This document shows positions 19,993-26,024 of a DNA stretch of 26,024 bases, in pieces. Each line of letters opens with the position of its first letter. Position 1 is the stretch's first letter. The translations under genes were made by a program, and so were the position numbers. The notes under the pieces were generated by a model. It was not told where the DNA came from. It ran no database searches and saw only the letters and a list, made by a program, of their open reading frames with translations. Source of the DNA: Octopus sinensis (lineage: Eukaryota); the NCBI RefSeq assembly GCF_006345805.1, contig NW_021836004.1, forward strand, positions 1-26,024, read 5' to 3'.

Positions 19993-20165
19993 TGGAAGCA
20001 CATGGCCTAGTGGTTACGGTGTTTGACTCATGGCTGCAAAACCGTGGTTTCAAATTCTGGACCGGGCGATGCACAATGTCCTTGAGCAAAACCCTTCGTT
20101 CCACTTTGCTCCCGTCCACTCAGCTGATAAAAGGGAATAAATCCTGTGACCGACTGGTATCTCAG
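19993..20165 (+). mobile_element. tRNA-derived CORE-type SINE, second family (5' part)
   Basis: A-box TGGCCTAGTGG, B-box-like GGTTTCAAATTC and CORE-like GTCCTTGAGCAAAAC. Confidence 0.75.
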
Positions 20166-20358
20166 TCATGGGAGACATTGTAATCACAAGATCACGGTTT
20201 CAATTCTTAGAGCAGGCCACTATTACCACCATGACAACCACCACCACCACCACCACCACCACCACAGTCGACACCACCCCAATCACCATTTTATTCTTTC
20301 CGTTTTCTCTCTTCTTTTTCTTCAGAATCCTTCAGCCTTTCTCCCTCTTTCTCCCAAT

Positions 20359-20404
<46 letters not shown>

Positions 20405-20416
20405 GTATGTATGTGT

Positions 20417-20710
20417 GGAGGCGCAATGGCCCAGTAGTTAGGGCAGCGGACTCGCGGTCACAGGATCGCGGTTTCAATTCCCAGACCGGGCGTTGTGTGT
20501 GTTTATTGAGCGAAAACACCTAAAGCTCCACAAAGCTCCGGCAGGGGATGGTGGTGATCCCTGCTGTACTCTTTCTCCCACTCTTCTTCTGTCGGCCTGC
20601 TCGCTTAGCCAGCGGGGTGACGTCATTCAAAGGCTAAAACAATGCGAACGCATTGTGACCAGCGATGTGTAACTACGTCTGATGGTCTGGTCGGTCACGT
20701 GATCACGTGA
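20417..20710 (+). mobile_element. tRNA-derived SINE, third family, apparently full length
   Basis: A-box TGGCCCAGTAG, B-box GTTTCAATTCCC; ends in (TCACGTGA)2 then TA repeats. Confidence 0.8.
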
Positions 20711-20714
20711 TATA

Positions 20715-20930
20715 TGTATGTATAGTTGGAATTTACACAAAAAAAAAACAAACAAAACAAAAGACGAAGACAGGTGTGTGAACAACAAACGGATGTATTA
20801 GTTTAACGCTGCGGAAGTGAGGAAGACTTTTACATTTCGAGCCTATGCTCTTTGATAGAAAGGAACACAGAAATAAACAAGGAGAGAAAATTAAAAAATG
20901 TTTAGGGGCTAGCGAACAATCACGGCGAAT
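20715..20930 (-). mobile_element. Short Penelope-like fragment with decayed hammerhead motif (20827-20862)
   Basis: Homologous to 4505-4703; followed by (TA)n. Confidence 0.62.
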
Positions 20931-20960
20931 ATATATAGATATATATATATATATATATAT

Positions 20961-20995
<35 letters not shown>

Positions 20996-21164
20996 TATTT
21001 TTTTTTTTTTGAGAAAAAAATTCATCATAATTTTTGGGAAAAAATCCTCAAATTGGCCAGGCCTGGTCAGCGTTTGAGAGATGCAGCATTGAGGATAAAT
21101 GAAGCCAGCTCAACCCACCCCGGGTGAATGCTATAAGAAGAAGAAGAAGAAGAGACTTTTAGAG

Positions 21165-21601
21165 ATATGCTGTGTTTGAGAAGACCCGGCAAGCCAAGAG
21201 AGACCATAAATGTGGCCTATGCCACTGTAGCATGACCGGCCCTTTTAAGAGTACCCTTTAATCATTGGGCAATAAACTGTGCTTGAGAAGACCTGTTGAG
21301 TCAAGTGAAGTCATTGTCGTGCCTGATGCCAGTACTGCATTAGTGGCACCTGTGAGGTGGCACTTCAAAAGCACCGTTCGAGCATGGTCCATGACATTAC
21401 CACCTAATTGGCCCTCATGCCGGTGGCACATAAAAGCATCTACTGTACTCTTAAAGTGGTTGGTATTAGGAAGGACATCCAGAAATAGAAACTTTGTCAG
21501 ATCAGATTGGAGCCTGGTGCAGCCTTCTTGCTTGCCAGTCCTCAGTCAAACCGTCCAACCCATGCCAGCATGGAAAGCAGACGTTAAACAATGATGATGA
21601 T
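21165..21601 (+). mobile_element. (GAT)n-tailed retroposon, long copy
   Basis: GAGAAGACC..., GGTGGCAC modules, GTGGTTGG.ATTAGGAAGG, CCAACCCATGCCAGCATGG and GAT tail. Confidence 0.8.
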
Positions 21602-21721
21602 ATATATATGTAAATATATTTATAAAAATACCTGAACATTGTATATACAAACACACATATACATGCTTGAATTGAGACAATGCTCTGTGTGTGTATATAT
21701 GCATATATATATATATATACG

Positions 21722-22117
21722 CTTTTACTCTTTTACTTGTTTCAGTCATTTGACTGCGGCCATGCTGGAGCAGCGCCTTTAGTCGAGCAAATCGACCCCG
21801 GGACTTATTCTTTGTAAGCCCAGTACTTATTCTATCGGTCTCTTTTTGCCAAATCGCTAAGTGACGGGGACACACCAGCATCAGTTGTCAAGCAATGCTA
21901 GGGGGACAAACACAGACACACAAACACACATACATACACACAAATATATATATATATATACATATATATACGACAGGCTTCTTTCAGTTTCCGTCTACCA
22001 AATCTACTCACAAGGCATTGGTCGGCCTGGGGCTATAGCAGAAGACACTTGCCCACGATGCCACGTAGTGGGACAGAACCTGGAACCATGTGGTTGGTAA
22101 GCAAGCTACTTACCACA
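21722..22117 (-). mobile_element. Near full-length main-family SINE
   Basis: Close reverse complement of 8995-9410. Confidence 0.93.
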
Positions 22118-22396
22118 TACATAAACATTTTAATACTGCGAATATAACACTCCACTGCCACTGTCACCACCAAAAAAAAAACCATGACCATCACCACCAC
22201 AACGACTGTCTCTAATCACAACAAAGTAACAATTGGTTAAAATAACAAAACAATTAATATGTTGATTACCTCAAGTCATAAAATATCTCTCGAGAACAGG
22301 AGAGCGGGGTGGGTGGGTGAGAAGGGGGGGTGAAGAATGGTGAGATGTGAGGGGGAAGTGTAAGGTGGTGAGGGTTGTTCCCCCCCACCGACCACT

Positions 22397-22433
<37 letters not shown>

Positions 22434-22661
22434 ATAAATACATGGATGTAAACGTGTGTGTGTGTGTTTGTATATATGGAAATACGTACGTGTAGACCTC
22501 TGAGTGTGTGTGCATATTCACATATATATCTATGTACAGACACATATATACACTCACAAACATGCATACACACACACACATACGCACACACAACGTATAT
22601 ATGTATGTGTATATATATATATATATATATATGTATTAGACAAGAACAGATAACAAAGCCA

Positions 22662-23079
22662 AGGCTGTGAGTGGCCGTGTGGTAAGTAGCTTGCTTACCA
22701 ACCACATGGTTCCGGGTTCAGTCCCACTGTGTGGAACCTTGGACAAGTGTCTTCTACTATAGCTTCAGGCTGACTAAAGCCTTGTGAGTGGATTTGGTAA
22801 AAGAAAACTGAAAGAAGCCTGCTGTGTATATGTATATATATATATATATGCGTGTGTGTGTGTGTATGTGAGTCTGTGTTTGTCCTCCCAACATCACTTG
22901 ACAACCGATGCTGGTGTGTTTACGCCCTTGTAACTTAGCGGTTCGGCAAAAGAGACTGATAGAATAAGTACTAGGCTTACAAAGAATAAGTCCTGGGGTC
23001 GATTTACTCGACTAAAGGCCATGCTCCAGCATGGCCACAGTCACATGACTGAAACAAGTAAAAGAGTAAAGAGTAAGAG
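22662..23079 (+). mobile_element. Full-length main-family SINE
   Basis: A/B boxes, CORE-like block, internal microsatellite and GTAAAAGA tail. Confidence 0.92.
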
Positions 23080-23110
<31 letters not shown>

Positions 23111-23150
23111 GTTTATACTTTATTTAAAGCAGCAGAAAATTCAACAAAAC

Positions 23151-23188
23151 CTGTTACTCTGAGTTTCTCGTTCCTGTTCATCAGACAG
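23151..23188 (-). ncRNA. Type I hammerhead-like motif (left-arm copy, canonical core, disrupted stem II)
   Basis: Minus strand: CUGU CUGAUGA ACAGGAACGA GAAA CUCAGA GUA ACAG. Confidence 0.58.
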
Positions 23189-23199
23189 TTTTTGCTAAA

Positions 23200-23237
23200 C
23201 TGTCCGATGAACGGCAACGAGAAACTCAGAGTAACAG
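23200..23237 (+). ncRNA. Type I hammerhead-like motif (right-arm copy, U4C core)
   Basis: CUGU CCGAUGA A-CG-GCAA-CG-A GAAA CUCAGA GUA ACAG. Stem I CUGU/ACAG, stem III ACUC-A-GAGU, GUA triplet. Confidence 0.65.
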
Positions 23238-23380
23238 ATTTTGTTGAATTTTCTGCTGCTTTAAATAAAGCATATTACTCTACCACTGGTATTTGAGTAC
23301 TCTTTCTTTCCACCTTGTTTCACATTTATGTGTTTACTCCGGCATATATATATGTATGTATATATATATATATATATACA

Positions 23381-23512
23381 TGTGGTAAGATGTTTGTTTT
23401 CCAACTGCATGGACCCAGGTTCAGTACCACAACAAAGCACCTGGACAAGTGTCCCCTATTGTATAGCCTTCTGAATAGATTTGGTAAATGGAAACTGAAA
23501 GAAGCCTGCTGT
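23381..23512 (+). mobile_element. Old main-family SINE 5' half
   Basis: TGTGGTAAG...GGTTCAGT.CC...GGACAAGTGTC...GGAAACTGAAAGAAGCC. Confidence 0.75.
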
Positions 23513-23529
23513 GTGTATATATATATATA

Positions 23530-23860
23530 TCATCATCATTTTACACCCGCTTTCCATGCTGGCACGGGTTGGATGGTTTGACTGGGGACTGGCAAGCTGG
23601 GAGGCTGCACCAGGCTCCAATCTGATCCGGCAATGTTTCTACAGCTGGTTTCCCTTCTTCTCAAGCATGACAGAATGCAAAAGGTTTCATTCATTGCCTT
23701 CGTGAGGCCCAACGCTTGAAAGGGACTCAGCCACACAGCCTCCATGTAGCCCAAAGCTCAAAAGGCACCCTCTACATGTCACCAGCACAGGTGCCTCTTA
23801 CGTAACACCAGCATCATCATGACTACGATTTCTACGTTGCCTGACGGGTCTTCTCAAGGT
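23530..23860 (-). mobile_element. (GAT)n-tailed retroposon
   Basis: CATCATCATT..CACCCGCTTTCCATGCTGGC...CACCAGGCTCCAATCTGATC...GGTCTTCTCAAG. Confidence 0.78.
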
Positions 23861-23862
23861 AC

Positions 23863-23910
<48 letters not shown>

Positions 23911-23944
23911 TATAGGTGTGTGTGTGTGTGTGCGTGTGTGTTAG

Positions 23945-23975
<31 letters not shown>

Positions 23976-23999
23976 CTATATATATAATATATATATATA

Positions 24000-24205
24000 A
24001 TTTTATCCAAACAAGAAAGCACAAAAAAAACACAACAATGTGAGGACGTGGAACAAATATAGTATTATTGGACGCTCAGGAAAGAAGGGAAGAAGGAGGG
24101 TTTAACGTTTCGAGCGGAGCTCTTCGTCGGAAACATAGAAGGAAAGATCCAGAGAAGGGAAGACAGAGGAAAAAAAATCACCAACGGTAGACACGAGGTC
24201 ACATT
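24000..24205 (-). mobile_element. Short Penelope-like fragment with minimal hammerhead motif (24100-24134)
   Basis: Shares ACGCTCAGGAA...ACGTTTCGAGC..GCTC with 4505-4703; preceded by (TA)n. Confidence 0.62.
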
Positions 24206-24295
24206 TTAAATAAATATATATTTGAGGAGGTGCTGGAAAGTTCCTGGTTTTGGGTAAAAGAAAATCGAGGAGAATTAGTTAATTATGATTTTATT

Positions 24296-24753
24296 TAACA
24301 CTAGCAGCATAGCCCGGCGTTGCCCGGGTATGTAAGAGCCCCTAGTAGGCAACAACTAATCCCGATCTAAGTATTGTGGCCGTTATTAAATGTGATGCCA
24401 TTTTTTTCTGAAGGTAAGGTATTGCATGGAAAACTAACGACAGAATTAAGTTTCTTAGGGCAACATTAAGCTTCACCATGAGTTTGGTGAAAATCGATTG
24501 CAAGTTGCGAAAACTACAACAGAAAATGTGTTGCATATGAAAAGCTTAGATTCTCGACCCCACGTCGAATTTATCGATTTTTTTTCAGAACTGGGGGAAC
24601 TTTTCAAAATTTTCGCTGCGTTAGTTTTGAATTATGACATTGGGCTACGTGTGTGTCAAGTTTCATCAGAATCGGTTGAAAGCCGTGGTCAGGGTGAGGG
24701 TACAACCTGACAGCCACACAGACAGATAAACTGCCGTTTATATAGAGAGAGAT
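24296..24753 (+). mobile_element. Non-autonomous Helentron/Helitron2-like element (DINE-1/Lep1-like architecture)
   Basis: 5' ACTAG...CCCGGCGTTGCCCGGG hairpin; 3' AAGTTTCATCAGAATCGG, (ACAG)-like microsatellite and TTTATATAGAGAGAGAT end. Architecture recognised, family not verified. Confidence 0.65.
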
Positions 24754-25239
24754 ATTCCCCTCTCAGATTCACACACATATTGCAGGAGGCCTTCAGTTTT
24801 TCTAAGCCCTGTAAAAAAACTCGGAAGATTGGGCCTCCAACCAGGCCTTTTATGAAACCCTTAAAGCCAGGAACTTTTCAGCAGCCCCTAGTTAAGGATG
24901 GAGCATAGCAGAGAGGGGTGAAAAGTTGGTGATGGCGCTAAAGAGAGATGATTGGTGGAAGCAGAGAACAAGGAAGTTTTTGAGAAATAAAAGTAGTTCT
25001 AGGGGGGAAGTGGAGGAAGTTAACCGAGGGGGGAATACCAGGGGGTGTACCTACTCTGCTCTTGGGTGATTAGGGAAGCTAAATAACACAATTTCTGTGT
25101 GTGTGTGTGTGTGTGTATGCGTCTGTTCCTCAACTCCAATTACCAAAATACATTACATAAATATTAATCCACAAAGGAATTGCTGAAATTACAGACATCA
25201 ATGATGGCCAGACTTGGTCAAGTGTGGACACACGGACAC

Positions 25240-25310
25240 ACACATATATAGTCATATACAGACATAGGTAATATGCACATAAATACATATATATGTATGA
25301 ATTCTTATAT

Positions 25311-25367
<57 letters not shown>

Positions 25368-25800
25368 GTATGCATATATATATGTATGTATACATATATA
25401 CATACATACATATAAATACCTATGCATATATGCATATGTGTATATATATATATAATTAGATACATGTGTATATTATATAAGTATATATACCCATATATAT
25501 ATATATATATATATATAATATACGTGTACACATGTATGTACACATATATTATATATATACACATATATATATGCATATGTATATATATATGTATGTACAT
25601 ATGCATATGTATCCATATGTATATATATATAAATATGTATATATATATATATAATACTTATATGCATATATGTATATTTATATATATTTATACATACACA
25701 CATGTGCATATATATATATATATATATATATTCACAAGTATATGTGAGAGCTATATATTCACCTGTGCATGACTACAGATATATGTACATACTAACACAC
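25240..25800. repeat. (TA)n-dominated microsatellite field
   Basis: Seen directly. Confidence 0.95.
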
Positions 25801-26024
25801 ACACACAGAGCAATGGCCCCACCATGTGTATGAATTAATAGCCTGTCTACGGACACTAATGTGAAGTGAGGACAATGGACGTAGGCAGTGGTCATTATTT
25901 AGTCACTTATTGGTGATTTGATGGTCAGTCAGCGGTCATTATACATCCTGGCTATCACTGGCCAGTTCTCTGCATGTATAAATGTTTGTGTGTACACACA
26001 CACATAAATATTGTGTGTATGGTG

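Larger units (their letters stand above)
23111..23343. mobile_element. Penelope-like palindromic element: 74-bp arms, 5-nt loop, about 70-bp one-sided extension
   Basis: 23118-23191 and 23197-23270 are reverse complements with about 4 mismatches; (TA)n on both sides; hammerhead motif in each arm. Confidence 0.75.

Noticed and set aside
19993-20490. tRNA genes at the SINE heads (also 8995 and 22662)
   Set aside because: A/B boxes are present, but I could not fold a complete cloverleaf and each head runs directly into SINE body sequence.
24655-24675. Minus-strand CTGATGAAAC
   Set aside because: It is part of the AAGTTTCATCAGAATCGG motif typical of the Helentron-like end, with no hammerhead stems.
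24342-24710. Short ORFs inside the Helentron-like element
   Set aside because: No Rep/helicase motifs; lengths are as expected by chance.
321-25772. Long ORFs rich in HT, CV, YI, RE or SL dipeptides (e.g. 1126-2313, 17625-18878, 16073-17134, 18979-19920)
   Set aside because: They are translations of CA/GT/TA/GA microsatellites, open in several frames at once, with no domain-like content.

Overview
Repeat-saturated, non-coding eukaryotic DNA. The repeat families and the TA/CA/GA microsatellite landscape suggest an octopus (coleoid cephalopod) intron or intergenic region; this is inference from pattern recognition, not a database match. No host protein-coding exon is supportable, and nearly all ORFs in the track are microsatellite artefacts. 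The only protein-like remnants are a dead mariner transposase C-terminus (808-1169, +) and the 3' end of an RTE-clade LINE (10494-11180, -). The rest is tRNA-derived CORE-type SINEs, a (GAT)n-tailed retroposon family, a Helentron/DINE-like element and several tandem arrays. The main unexplained signal is a set of type I hammerhead-ribozyme motifs from four sequence-unrelated families. Three families sit in long inverted repeats (3749-3930, 4196-4491, 23118-23270) with the ribozyme reading outward from the hairpin centre. A fourth, minimal family occurs three times (4604, 20827, 24100) with a stem I covariation. All have palindromic or near-palindromic stem III, as in dimer-cleaving hammerheads of Penelope-like retroelements. 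A 65-bp satellite (about 23 units, with an 8-unit higher-order repeat) appears to have arisen at a SINE/retroposon junction. Folds were done by eye, and repeat boundaries are approximate (about 10 bp).
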